A stretch of DNA of 49,072 nucleotides from a virus. Of this stretch, positions 17,235 to 25,772 are shown piece after piece; within the stretch, counting starts at the first letter, position 1; each line of letters starts with the position of its first letter. The position numbers and the translations under genes were made by a program. The notes beneath the pieces were generated by a model. That model was not told the DNA's origin. It saw only the letters and a program-made list of their open reading frames with translations, and made no database searches. Where the stretch lies: the IMG/VR virus record IMGVR_UViG_3300047311_000868, positions 1 to 49,072 of that record. The stretch is one strand, 5' to 3'.

Positions 17235-18616
17235 CCTTCCGGCGTTAGGTAGTATGAACGGGTTACTGCATCGTAATCCACCATCTTCGCTTCCCTTAAC
17301 GTCCCTACACTCGCTTTGAATTGGTCCTTGTTCATGCGGTGAGTGTTCATCCTCAACCACTCGGAGTGGGCTATTTGCCCTCCCTTCGCCTTCAACTGCT
17401 TCATGAGCTTTGCGCTTTCCTCTCCCATGGGGGTTTGACTCATCTCCGCAAAGGCCGCGGGGAGATTAGCCTCCACCCAGTTGAGGATGGATAGGGCTTG
17501 TTTTAGTTTAGGCAGCGTGAGGATGAGATCGGTATGCTTGTCAGGTTGTAACTCCGCGATTGTCAGGATCATTGCGAGCCTGTGGAGGTGGTCGGGTTTC
17601 CTCTCGACATACCCTGCAAACTGCCGCTCACTCGCAATACTCTCATGCTTGGTGTTGTACCAATCCACATACCAAGCGTCCGCCTCGTCGGTGATGGCGA
17701 ACTTGCCGCGAAGGCGCGTGTAGGCGAAGAGCTCCTTCTTCAGCCGTGACTGCACCACAAGATCCAATGGTGGAGGGTGAGGAAAAGACCGAGGCGTATC
17801 GTTCTGTACCACGAAAAGAAGGCGCGACATGAACCCTCCTCCAAACGCGTCTCGGGGAATCGCGGTCTGGATCCAGTCCATTGTACTACATACCAAGAAC
17901 GAGAGAGCAACGTTTCGGAGTTGGTTATCACCTCGCATAATAGTGGCAGACGACCACTCCTTAGGGCAGTCGAAAAGGGCAGTAAGTAGAGGGACCATCC
18001 CCTCTTGGTATTTTTGCTTACCGAGGAATACTGCAAGCTCGGGTGCGTAGATAAGCCCCGTAGCGGAAGACCTGTCTTGAAATGCAGAGATGAGAGCTTC
18101 TGGCGTGACCTTATCTGCAAGTACGTTCCCCCCAATCGCTCGAAACAAACCCACCGCGACGTTGCAAGCACTTGTCTTTCGGCACTTGCCACTTGGTGCA
18201 ACGATAACGACGCAGAGGTTGGGAAAAATTTGGTAGGGACCCATGTCAAAGAATACATTACGAGCAAGTGACGATCCGATAGCAGACATGCCCGCGAAAA
18301 AGTGAAAGACTGTGGGGGGCTCGGTGTTTCGGGTGTATTCGATGTAGTCATGTAACCATCCAGTGCAGGGTACGAGGTCGTCGAAAGTGCCTTGCTTTAC
18401 CTGCGCCTTTAACGCCTTCGTCAAGGCAACGTCGTCTAGGCCGAGCTTCGCCTTTATTAAAGCCGTGAGCGTGTCAGGACGACCAGCTATAGGGATGTCC
18501 CTAACCCACTTCAAAACCTTGTCTCGAAGCTCCTCATCTTTTAATTCCGCCGAGGTCATCGCTTTTATATACTTCGACAGAAGTTCAATCTGTCGAGAGA
18601 GCGTCATCGGGGGCAT
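17222..18616 (-). CDS. DUF3987-type P-loop protein, putative replicative helicase
   Basis: 464 aa with a Walker-A-like VIVAPSGKCRKTSA and Walker-B-like LLFVVQND. The overall layout resembles DUF3987/YfjI-type phage helicases. Confidence 0.6.
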   Translation of the reverse strand: MPPMTLSRQIELLSKYIKAMTSAELKDEELRDKVLKWVRDIPIAGRPDTLTALIKAKLGLDDVALTKALKAQVKQGTFDDLVPCTGWLHDYIEYTRNTEPPTVFHFFAGMSAIGSSLARNVFFDMGPYQIFPNLCVVIVAPSGKCRKTSACNVAVGLFRAIGGNVLADKVTPEALISAFQDRSSATGLIYAPELAVFLGKQKYQEGMVPLLTALFDCPKEWSSATIMRGDNQLRNVALSFLVCSTMDWIQTAIPRDAFGGGFMSRLLFVVQNDTPRSFPHPPPLDLVVQSRLKKELFAYTRLRGKFAITDEADAWYVDWYNTKHESIASERQFAGYVERKPDHLHRLAMILTIAELQPDKHTDLILTLPKLKQALSILNWVEANLPAAFAEMSQTPMGEESAKLMKQLKAKGGQIAHSEWLRMNTHRMNKDQFKASVGTLREAKMVDYDAVTRSYYLTPEGWSK

Positions 18617-18630
18617 CTTCGCCTCAGCCC

Positions 18631-19371
18631 TTAGAGGAACTTGCGCAGGTACGCGATGTTGTACGTCACGTCTGCTAGGTGCGTGCTAGCTGCCTTCTTC
18701 TCCACATCTCCCAACTTACCGAGGCCCCTTAACTGCAGCTTCTCGTTGATGCGTTTGCCTGCCACCCCAAACTTGATCGCCTTGGACGTGTCGACGGACG
18801 TGCGCTTACTCTCAATACCCATCTCATCGAAGAGGTTACGGAAGGCTTGCAGTTCCCACAATTCATTCACGCCGAGAAGGTGGATGCGAGGCGGCCATTG
18901 GATGTATTTTGGGATCTTTAACAGTAGATCCGAGAACCACTCAAAGCGAGGTTCGCGGAAGGGCAAACAAAGCATCTTGCAGTGCTTCATCGTCTTCATG
19001 AAGAATTCCGCTCTCTCTGCGGGAGACACGCCGGTAAGGACTGCCCCTACTCCATACTCGGCTGGCAGTACGTGTCGGAGTTCTTCGAAGGCGTCAAGTC
19101 CAAAACGGTAGTCACCAAGCCGATCAGGAGCAATAACCACGCTAGGTTTAATACGGTCAGCGGCCGCCACAAGTTCGGGGACAGATAGAGGATGACCGAG
19201 TTCGTGAAAACCATTGTCCAGAATGACAAGCCGACCAAGCTCGCTTTGACGACGGTAGAAGTTCGCATAGTACTCATCCTCCAAAACGTAGTGGGCGATT
19301 GCGAAGTCGCCGTCGCAAAGCGGGCTCAACGTGTCCAGCCAGAACTTTGGGATTTCCATCATCAAACGCAT
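18631..19371 (-). CDS. dpdA: TGT-fold protein, putative DNA 7-deazaguanine transglycosylase (DpdA-like)
   Basis: 246 aa with SD aggagg-N5-ATG. Motifs parallel tRNA-guanine transglycosylase landmarks: VILDNGFHE (cf. DSGGFQ), PRIHLLGVNE (cf. RYLMGVG) and SVDTSKAIKFG (cf. MFDCVLPTR). The genome also encodes FolE, QueD, QueE and QueC. Confidence 0.55.
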   Translation of the reverse strand: MRLMMEIPKFWLDTLSPLCDGDFAIAHYVLEDEYYANFYRRQSELGRLVILDNGFHELGHPLSVPELVAAADRIKPSVVIAPDRLGDYRFGLDAFEELRHVLPAEYGVGAVLTGVSPAERAEFFMKTMKHCKMLCLPFREPRFEWFSDLLLKIPKYIQWPPRIHLLGVNELWELQAFRNLFDEMGIESKRTSVDTSKAIKFGVAGKRINEKLQLRGLGKLGDVEKKAASTHLADVTYNIAYLRKFL

Positions 19372-19380
19372 TTACGCCTC

Positions 19381-21861
19381 CTACAGGCCGAGTTCCTTCT
19401 CTAACTGTTTATTACCTTTTTTGCACTCTCTCCAATTGCCCCCGAGATGTATGTCAGCAGGACAGAACCATCCGTTAGGATAGTATCTTTTGACAACTTC
19501 AGGTCGATCAGAAAAGTCAACGATTGCTGGCCACTTTGTATGCATAATGTCGCGAACACACTCAATGGCACGTCGGACACACTCTCGTTGGGCATTAATA
19601 AGAACTGAATCGTGAACGGTGAGTCTAAGAGTAGCTCCATGGGGAAGTTGCCTTTCCAACATTGGCAGGATGAGGTACATCATATCCGCCGCAGTGCTGC
19701 TAGGTGGAAAGTTATAGACTTCTGTGACTTGCTTAGTGTACCACCATCTGCGCCTACCAGCAAAGTTACGGAGGTACGAGTTCTTTGCAACAAAACCTTC
19801 CAAGTTTCCCCGCCAGGCCCAGTATACAGGAAAACGTGTTCTAAACCTCTGCATGAACGACTCAACCCATTGGATAGGGCGAGAAAGTTGCTTAGCAATG
19901 TCAGCAGCGCCTCGCCCATAGCCGAGGCCATATACGATGAACTTCGTTTCAAATCGAGGTGAGCCATGTCCGCCGCTATACTCCTCGTCGAGGCGTTTGA
20001 CTTCGTCGAGGGTGAGGCCGAAACACTCCGCAGCCACGACGCTGTGGTTATCTGCGCCTGCCGCAAGGAGGCTAAGTCCGAACGGCTCCCCGCTAAGGAC
20101 CATGGCCGCGGCCCACTCAACCTGCTTCCAGTCGGCTTCGATGAGGATGTCTTCGGGAGAGTCGGGGATGTAGAGGTCCCGGCACTCTGGTGGTTGGTTT
20201 TGGAAGTTTGGCTGCCAAGAGACGAGCCTCCCATTCCTAGCGCCGCTTCCCTTTTCCTTGCCATGCTCGTCCTTTCCCTTCTCGGTCGCCGCCTTGGCCG
20301 AGCCTAGTTTGTAGTGGACGAAGTTGTCTTCATCCGTCTCAATGCCCTCAAGGTAGGTGCTGTCTAACTTCTTTATTTTCCGCCTTTGGAGGACGAGCTT
20401 GAAGATTGCGTTATCAGTAAGAGTTGCAAGAGCATCAAGAGCGTTGTCATCAACAGTGGGAATAAAACCCCGCTTCTTGTCACGTTTATACTGGACAGGA
20501 AGGCCCATGCGATTGTACAGTAAATCAGAAAGCTGTTTAGGCGAATCAAGGTTGAGATCTTGTCCAAGCACATTTTTGAGCTTGACTTCCATGTTTGCTG
20601 CTGTGCGTTTACAGCCAACGCTGAGGCGGAATGCTGCTTCTTCATTACGACGTAGCCCCCTACTACTCATGTTGCGGAGGACAGGTTGGAGGGGCATGAC
20701 CGACTTGTAGTATAGGTCAGTCATACCCAAGCTTGTCAGCTCGGACTTCAGCCCAATATAAGCGCGAGTCGTGGCGTCGATGTCTTTGCAGTTACCGAGT
20801 TTAAGTGCTTCGAAACCGGCCTTGTACATCTCCTTTCCCTTCCACACGTCGATGTCGGAATATAGGGAAGCGATGAACTCGAGGTTCTTCTCCAGTTCAG
20901 AGTTTGTTAGGTGAAAGGCTTGAAGCGTGTCGAAGCTAGGGCCGTTGAAGGAAAGGCCCCTTCGTTCGATATAAGGTATATCGAACCCTTCGGAGTTTTG
21001 GCCAACCTTTTCGATGTTAGGGTCAGCAAAGAGTTCACGGCAGACGCGCTGAGTTTCAGGTGTCCAATGGAGAGCGTGACCTTCATATGGCCTCGTGGCA
21101 AGGCCCATAACTGTAATCTGACCTGTGCTGAGGTCCAAGCCTTTACCCTTCTTCCCCACAATCCCTTCCGCTTCGAGGTCGAAGGTGATAAAGCCGCTTG
21201 CTCTTGCAGCATTGACAAAATCCTCTCCACTGCATGGAAGGCTACCGCTTGTGTTGTACTTGACCTCAATACGACGGAGTTCGGGGAACTCTGCTTCTGT
21301 CTTGGCCTTGGCGAGGTCGTGGACGGCGAGGGGGTAGAGTTCTTGACTCCGCATGATGAAGGCGGGGTGGTAAACGGCAAGGACTTTTGTCTTGCGTTCC
21401 GCGTTGTTGTCTTTGTCATGGAGTGTAGGGCCTTCGAGGATCCTCCCCCTGTAAGTGCCAATTTGTACACGTCCAGTGGTGACGTATAGGGCTGTTGCGC
21501 CAAGTGCGACGATGAGGTTCGGACGAATGGTTTCCAACTCTTTGGAAAGGAAGACTGCGCAGTGACGGATTTCGGCTTCGGTCGGGGCGCGGTCAACCTC
21601 TTTGCCATTGTTGTTCACCTCGGTCGGCCTACACTTCACAACATTTCTCACCTCTGCGCTGTCGCGGTGGATGCCTACTTGCCCGCACCACCTATACAGC
21701 ACCCGTCCGCTACCACCAATGAAGTTACGGTTGACTGCGACTTCGTCCTTGCCCGGGGCCTCACCGAGGAAGAGAAGTTTATTTGGAGAGGGGGGTGGAC
21801 CGAAAACTGGGCCTGGGGCGGAGTGTAGAGGACACCCCAGGCACCAGTCGGGTTTACTCAT
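19381..21861 (-). CDS. Family A DNA polymerase with 3'-5' exonuclease and an N-terminal family-4 uracil-DNA-glycosylase domain
   Basis: The start is at internal Met53 (ATGAGTAA overlap with the csp stop). UDG motifs: CLGCPL, FLGEAPGKDE, FIGGSGRVL, VYHPAFIMR. Exo motifs: ITFDLEAEG, QNSEGFDIPYI. Pol motifs: LIEADWKQVEW (A), RFETKFIVYGLGYG (B), LTVHDSVLI (C). Confidence 0.85.
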   Translation of the reverse strand: MSKPDWCLGCPLHSAPGPVFGPPPSPNKLLFLGEAPGKDEVAVNRNFIGGSGRVLYRWCGQVGIHRDSAEVRNVVKCRPTEVNNNGKEVDRAPTEAEIRHCAVFLSKELETIRPNLIVALGATALYVTTGRVQIGTYRGRILEGPTLHDKDNNAERKTKVLAVYHPAFIMRSQELYPLAVHDLAKAKTEAEFPELRRIEVKYNTSGSLPCSGEDFVNAARASGFITFDLEAEGIVGKKGKGLDLSTGQITVMGLATRPYEGHALHWTPETQRVCRELFADPNIEKVGQNSEGFDIPYIERRGLSFNGPSFDTLQAFHLTNSELEKNLEFIASLYSDIDVWKGKEMYKAGFEALKLGNCKDIDATTRAYIGLKSELTSLGMTDLYYKSVMPLQPVLRNMSSRGLRRNEEAAFRLSVGCKRTAANMEVKLKNVLGQDLNLDSPKQLSDLLYNRMGLPVQYKRDKKRGFIPTVDDNALDALATLTDNAIFKLVLQRRKIKKLDSTYLEGIETDEDNFVHYKLGSAKAATEKGKDEHGKEKGSGARNGRLVSWQPNFQNQPPECRDLYIPDSPEDILIEADWKQVEWAAAMVLSGEPFGLSLLAAGADNHSVVAAECFGLTLDEVKRLDEEYSGGHGSPRFETKFIVYGLGYGRGAADIAKQLSRPIQWVESFMQRFRTRFPVYWAWRGNLEGFVAKNSYLRNFAGRRRWWYTKQVTEVYNFPPSSTAADMMYLILPMLERQLPHGATLRLTVHDSVLINAQRECVRRAIECVRDIMHTKWPAIVDFSDRPEVVKRYYPNGWFCPADIHLGGNWRECKKGNKQLEKELGL

Positions 21862-22057
21862 CGAAGACCACTTCTTCCGCCCTCGGTCCTTTTGGCGTGG
21901 TGGTGATTTTGAAGTCGGTGCGTTTACCGCGCAGGTCTTCCGTCCACAACGTGCCGTCGACGATGCCGCTTTTGTGGAAGAAGTACTCCTTCCCATCCTC
22001 CGCGAGGATGAATCCAAAGCCCTTATCCCGCACGAGAGTCTTAACGGTTCCGGTCAT
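21854..22057 (-). CDS. Cold-shock domain protein (CspA-like)
   Basis: MTGTVKTLVRDKGFGFILAEDGKEYFFHKSGI matches the CSD RNP1/RNP2 pattern (KGFGFI, FFH). The ATG at 22057 overlaps the upstream TGA (ATGA). Confidence 0.8.
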   Translation of the reverse strand: MTGTVKTLVRDKGFGFILAEDGKEYFFHKSGIVDGTLWTEDLRGKRTDFKITTTPKGPRAEEVVFDE

Positions 22058-22377
22058 TGTACGCTCCATTTTTTCTGCACGCCTAAAGGAGAGGTTGTGA
22101 TTTCGACGGAGAAGGAAACTGGTGGGTTGACTTTGTTCTCTTCACACTCCGCCCAATGCATTTTTTGCAGGTGGAGGAGAATTCGGTAGAGACCTCCAAT
22201 GACTTTTGTTTGCGAGCCGGGGATGTACCCGATTGTCAAGCCGCACCACGGGCAGACGCCTTCGTACGTGAAGCCGTCTTCGAGGTTGCCGTGTTGGATG
22301 AAGGAGACGGGACGTCGTTGATTCCCCTTCCCGTCGCTTTCGGATAGGATGTCGTGGACGAGGCGTTTGTCGGGCAT
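22054..22377 (-). CDS. Hypothetical protein downstream of folE
   Basis: 107-aa ORF with SD ggagg-N6-ATG. It contains CPWCG. No family recognised. Confidence 0.55.
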   Translation of the reverse strand: MPDKRLVHDILSESDGKGNQRRPVSFIQHGNLEDGFTYEGVCPWCGLTIGYIPGSQTKVIGGLYRILLHLQKMHWAECEENKVNPPVSFSVEITTSPLGVQKKWSVQ

Positions 22378-22923
22378 TTACGGCCTCCCTATCAGCCTTA
22401 GGAACTCTTCCCTCGCGGTTGGGTTTAACAGAAAGACGCCGTGCATCGAAGAAGTGACGACGTCTCCAGTGGTGCGAACTCCACGGCATCGCATGCAACC
22501 GTGCTCTCCCACGATAACGCAGCCCGCACCTTTCGCATCGGTGCGAGAGAAAAGATCATACGCCACTTTGTCGGTAAACTCTTCTTGCAGCACGGGGCGC
22601 ACGCGATGCTCTTCAAGCAGTCTTGCAAGCTTTGATAGCCCCAACACTCGCTTGTTCGGGATATAACCCAAATATGCCCGCATTTCAAACGGAAGAAGGT
22701 GATGTGGACATACGCCGAAGACCGTATGCCCACGGAGGAGGACGAGTCCAGCATGATTGCTAGGAAAGTCCTTGAAAGTGTTTTTCGGAAGGGTAAGAAT
22801 TTCTTCATACATCCTCGCTACGCGTTGAGGCGTTTCCACGAAGTTAGGGTCTTTGAGGTCACAGCCCATTCCTTTCAGTAAGAGCCGTACGCCATCCTCC
22901 ATCTGCTTTTTGTTCACACTCAC
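22378..22923 (-). CDS. folE: GTP cyclohydrolase I
   Basis: ETPQRVARMYEE, VCPHHLLPF, GLSKLARLLE...RPVLQEEFT and GEHGCMRCRGVRTTG....TSSMHGVF match FolE signatures. The GTG start overlaps the queE stop (GTGA). Confidence 0.88.
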   Translation of the reverse strand: MSVNKKQMEDGVRLLLKGMGCDLKDPNFVETPQRVARMYEEILTLPKNTFKDFPSNHAGLVLLRGHTVFGVCPHHLLPFEMRAYLGYIPNKRVLGLSKLARLLEEHRVRPVLQEEFTDKVAYDLFSRTDAKGAGCVIVGEHGCMRCRGVRTTGDVVTSSMHGVFLLNPTAREEFLRLIGRP

Positions 22924-23561
22924 CTCGTGCGGATGTATTTGTGGAGTTGCGTGGAGAGGCGGAGTTCGGGGTTACTCATCACGACGTTAAGGGCCTCCTC
23001 CATATGGTGGTGGTTGATGGAGATGCGGTCGTTGTTGGGTTGTATGTACACACGAGAGCCGTGCTTGGCCCAGTTCTTCGCATCGGAGACGGAAGGCCAA
23101 CCATCACCATCGCCCAACCCGTCGAGGATGACCTTGACTTCGTCGGCGGACGTGACAACGTCGTCGAGGTAACCAGGCTTTGGGCTGACCGTGAACCACC
23201 CCATGTGGGAGTGGAGGATGGACCACAACCACTCGGGAATTGCCTTTGTCCCACTACTCTCAACATGAACACGAATGTCGTTGCGGGTGAGCAGTTCGGT
23301 GAGGGAGGAGAGGTCCCGGTCGAGGGGCTCCCCTCCCGTCAGGCAAACGTACTTGTAGTTGTCCACCCAGGTTAGGAGCTCTTCCTGGTTGTACAGGCCA
23401 CCACCAAGATCGGGGAGCGTGCGGTCGAAGTCGGTGTCGCAGTTGTGGCAGATGCCCTTGCCTACGGAGCAGCCGACGAACCGGATGAAGGCCATGGGCA
23501 CGCCTACATACATACCCTCGCCCTGCGGGGCTTTGAACTTCTCAGCGACGGGGAAACGCAT
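22920..23561 (-). CDS. queE: 7-carboxy-7-deazaguanine synthase (radical SAM)
   Basis: KAPQGEGMYVGVPMAFIRFVGCSVGKGICHNCDTDF (QGEG plus the Cx..CxxC-type cluster region) and C-terminal LRLSTQLHKYI. SD ggagg upstream. Confidence 0.85.
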   Translation of the reverse strand: MRFPVAEKFKAPQGEGMYVGVPMAFIRFVGCSVGKGICHNCDTDFDRTLPDLGGGLYNQEELLTWVDNYKYVCLTGGEPLDRDLSSLTELLTRNDIRVHVESSGTKAIPEWLWSILHSHMGWFTVSPKPGYLDDVVTSADEVKVILDGLGDGDGWPSVSDAKNWAKHGSRVYIQPNNDRISINHHHMEEALNVVMSNPELRLSTQLHKYIRTR

Positions 23562-23943
23562 TGGGGTTCCTCCAGGTAGCGGAGTACTTGTCGGTTTCGT
23601 GGACGGTTACTTTTGTAACGGATAAGAGGTGGTGGTGGACGAGTTCGCTACCAATCACTTCGGCAAGGTATTCGGTTGTAGGCTCCTCATTCGTTGAATA
23701 CGTACGGAAACCCATGTCCTCAAGGACGATGAGGAGGGGGTCTTCCTTCTGTAAGATCATCGCATGATCCATCGGCTGGAGTACTTGCCAAAGTAAGGCG
23801 TCGAGGACTTTGAAGTCGAGGAAGCCAGTTACGTCGACGTCAACCACCACCACAATATTGTGGCCGTGTGGGGAGGAGCAAATGCCCTTGTAACTGGGCA
23901 AGCGGTGCCCAATACTAGCGGTTCTTTTGACTGTCACGATCAT
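23542..23943 (-). CDS. queD: 6-carboxy-5,6,7,8-tetrahydropterin synthase
   Basis: Internal Met13 preceded by aggagg. ASIGHRLPSYKGICSSPHGHNIVVVVDV matches the PTPS/QueD C..HGH motif. Confidence 0.85.
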   Translation of the reverse strand: MIVTVKRTASIGHRLPSYKGICSSPHGHNIVVVVDVDVTGFLDFKVLDALLWQVLQPMDHAMILQKEDPLLIVLEDMGFRTYSTNEEPTTEYLAEVIGSELVHHHLLSVTKVTVHETDKYSATWRNPNAFPRR

Positions 23944-24094
23944 TGAGTAGTTCCTCCTCGTGCTTGCGAAGTATGGCACGTACTGCGTCCTTTACCTCAC
24001 CCCACTTCTTCTCGTGTTCGGAGTAGTAACTGTGCGTGGTTGCGGTGGTCGCGATTGTCAGGCCGAAGAAGTCAACCTGGACGAGTGCAGTCAC
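23915..24094 (-). CDS. Possible small protein (59 aa) filling the gap between 24091 and queD
   Basis: The GTG start overlaps the upstream ATGTGA. The product VTALVQVDFFGLTIATTATTHSYYSEHEKKWGEVKDAVRAILRKHEEELL... uses GC3-rich codons. It falls below the ORF-track size cutoff. Confidence 0.4.
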   Translation of the reverse strand: MTALVQVDFFGLTIATTATTHSYYSEHEKKWGEVKDAVRAILRKHEEELLNDRDSQKNR

Positions 24095-24348
24095 ATTTCA
24101 CCCGTTAGCTGTTCGCGAAGGGTGAGGAGGTAGACAACCTGGTCCACTGCCTCGTCGATCGCGAAGTCGAGGATGGAGATAGAAGATTTTGCGGACAAGT
24201 CCCCTCCATGCTCTTGTTGCCCACGCCGGTATTTGTCGCTGATGCGGTGGCAAGCAGCAACGTTGATACGCGACAAATGTCCCTCCTGCTCGGCTGTCAT
24301 TGGAGGAGGAGTATCGAGCGTAGTTCCGAAGCCAGTATTCGCTGACAT
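24091..24348 (-). CDS. Hypothetical protein
   Basis: 85-aa ORF with SD agaggtga upstream of the ATG. Confidence 0.55.
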   Translation of the reverse strand: MSANTGFGTTLDTPPPMTAEQEGHLSRINVAACHRISDKYRRGQQEHGGDLSAKSSISILDFAIDEAVDQVVYLLTLREQLTGEM

Positions 24349-24371
24349 ACATATTCACCTCTTGAAGGTTA

Positions 24372-24416
24372 GCAGATACGGGGTGCGTACGTTCGTGATA
24401 GTCACCCCGTATCTGC
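24372..24416 (-). promoter_or_regulatory. Perfect 14-bp inverted repeat (GCAGATACGGGGTG N17 CACCCCGTATCTGC) in an intergenic gap; RNA hairpin or protein-binding site
   Basis: Read directly between the stop of 24424..24879 and the start of 24091..24348. No U-run follows on the minus strand, so it is not a canonical terminator. Confidence 0.5.
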
Positions 24417-24423
24417 TAGCGGT

Positions 24424-24879
24424 CTAGACAGACGCGATGAACTTCTTCACTTCATTTCGGGCCTGGTACGTCTGGGCTCCAACCGTCCTCTCGGGCTGGA
24501 TTGTGACAACCGCCATGAGTTCGACGTCCTTCAACTCATCCCAGTGCGGTTCGCCCTGGTCGTCCACCAACATCCACTCCTCGTCCATGCCGGCTGCCTC
24601 GCACAATTGGCGAAGCATGAAGTCGCCGCCCTTCTTGAAGGTGAGGGTGGTGTAGAGGTGGCGGCCAAGCACCACCTCACCGTTTTCGGAGTTTTCGTCG
24701 AGGATGACCGTTTCGACTTGCAAGTAAGGATCCTTCGCCTGGCTGTTCTGGTGTGCCGCCTTCCACGCGGCGTCGTGCACGTCGTTGAACTCGAACCCGT
24801 GGATGCGGATGCGGTACGTCCCTTCCTGGAAGGGTTTGCCCGAGGTCATATCCTTGACTGCGTAAGGTGCGAGATTCAT
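24424..24879 (-). CDS. DUF669-like protein, putative ssDNA-binding partner of the Sak4-like ATPase
   Basis: 151 aa directly downstream of a Sak4/AAA_24-like gene, which is the usual pairing. SD ggggag upstream. The assignment rests on context and size only. Confidence 0.45.
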   Translation of the reverse strand: MNLAPYAVKDMTSGKPFQEGTYRIRIHGFEFNDVHDAAWKAAHQNSQAKDPYLQVETVILDENSENGEVVLGRHLYTTLTFKKGGDFMLRQLCEAAGMDEEWMLVDDQGEPHWDELKDVELMAVVTIQPERTVGAQTYQARNEVKKFIASV

Positions 24880-24959
24880 TCCACACTCCCCATACCAACC
24901 CTGCTATGCAAAGTAGGCCAAACACCACTGGCAGGTTGATCAGTAGTAGGCCCATACCG

Positions 24960-25772
24960 CTAACGATTAGAGACAGGAGCAGTCTTTTTCCGATCAGCGT
25001 CAAATGTGATTTCGTTGAGGGCGTCACGGTCTCCCATCATGACTTTGATTAGTAGGCCAATGTCGGGTTTGACGTACCTCGGCAAGCGCATGCTTTCTGG
25101 TACGCGTACACCCGCAACTGCCCTATTTTCGGTTTCCGTTACAAACACTCGCTTACCCGAAACCATCTTCAGCCGGACGACTGCATCGAAGCTGCCGGGG
25201 AGCTCTTTGTATAGTTTTGCTCCAGGCAGTTCAATGCAGGGGTAGGAGACCTTGTCGGTACCTTCGCCCTCTTCCGCAAGGCCTTCTCTCGCTACGCAAA
25301 TTAAGTGCGCGCGTAGCATCATCAACTTCTTTGTCGCTTGGCGTCCTTTCTCCGCCACGTATCCGTAGGGTCTGCGGGGATCCCAACCTGGCCCTGCCAT
25401 CCCTACCTCAGTGCGTCCGAGCATTTTTAACGCCAGGTCCATCCACAACGTCCCGAAGCAGGAGTAGCTGTCTGCAATGACGTGCGTGTATGTGGTGCCT
25501 TGGTACTGGCAGTGGTCCTTGAACCTCATCATCTCCGCCAGGACCAGTTCGGCTGTCGGCCAGTCTCGCAGTTCGATGAAGGGGATCTTAAAGTCTTGGA
25601 GCGTTTGCAGACCTTGAGTGTCCCCGTCTTCGGAAGCAAGGATGATTTTCGGGTCAGGTGTTGTCTTTCCCGCCACGAGTGTTTTCCCCAGCTTCGCCGG
25701 AGCGTAGAGGAGGATTGTTGCCCACTCCGCTCTTACCAACGACGTCAGAGAAGGTGTGGGTAGTGTCGTCAT
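24960..25772 (-). CDS. Sak4-like RecA-fold ATPase (AAA_24), recombination/annealing protein
   Basis: N-terminal Walker A ILLYAPAKLGKT and Walker-B-like HVIADSYS. The 270-aa size is typical of phage Sak4. Confidence 0.6.
   Translation of the reverse strand: MTTLPTPSLTSLVRAEWATILLYAPAKLGKTLVAGKTTPDPKIILASEDGDTQGLQTLQDFKIPFIELRDWPTAELVLAEMMRFKDHCQYQGTTYTHVIADSYSCFGTLWMDLALKMLGRTEVGMAGPGWDPRRPYGYVAEKGRQATKKLMMLRAHLICVAREGLAEEGEGTDKVSYPCIELPGAKLYKELPGSFDAVVRLKMVSGKRVFVTETENRAVAGVRVPESMRLPRYVKPDIGLLIKVMMGDRDALNEITFDADRKKTAPVSNR

Noticed and set aside
24677-25027. Minus-strand ORF containing a TM-like stretch (MGLLLINLPVVFGLLCIAGLVWGVW) in the 24880..24960 gap
   Set aside because: It would overlap the well-supported 24424..24879 gene by about 200 nt out of frame. 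Beyond the gap its sequence is junk-like.
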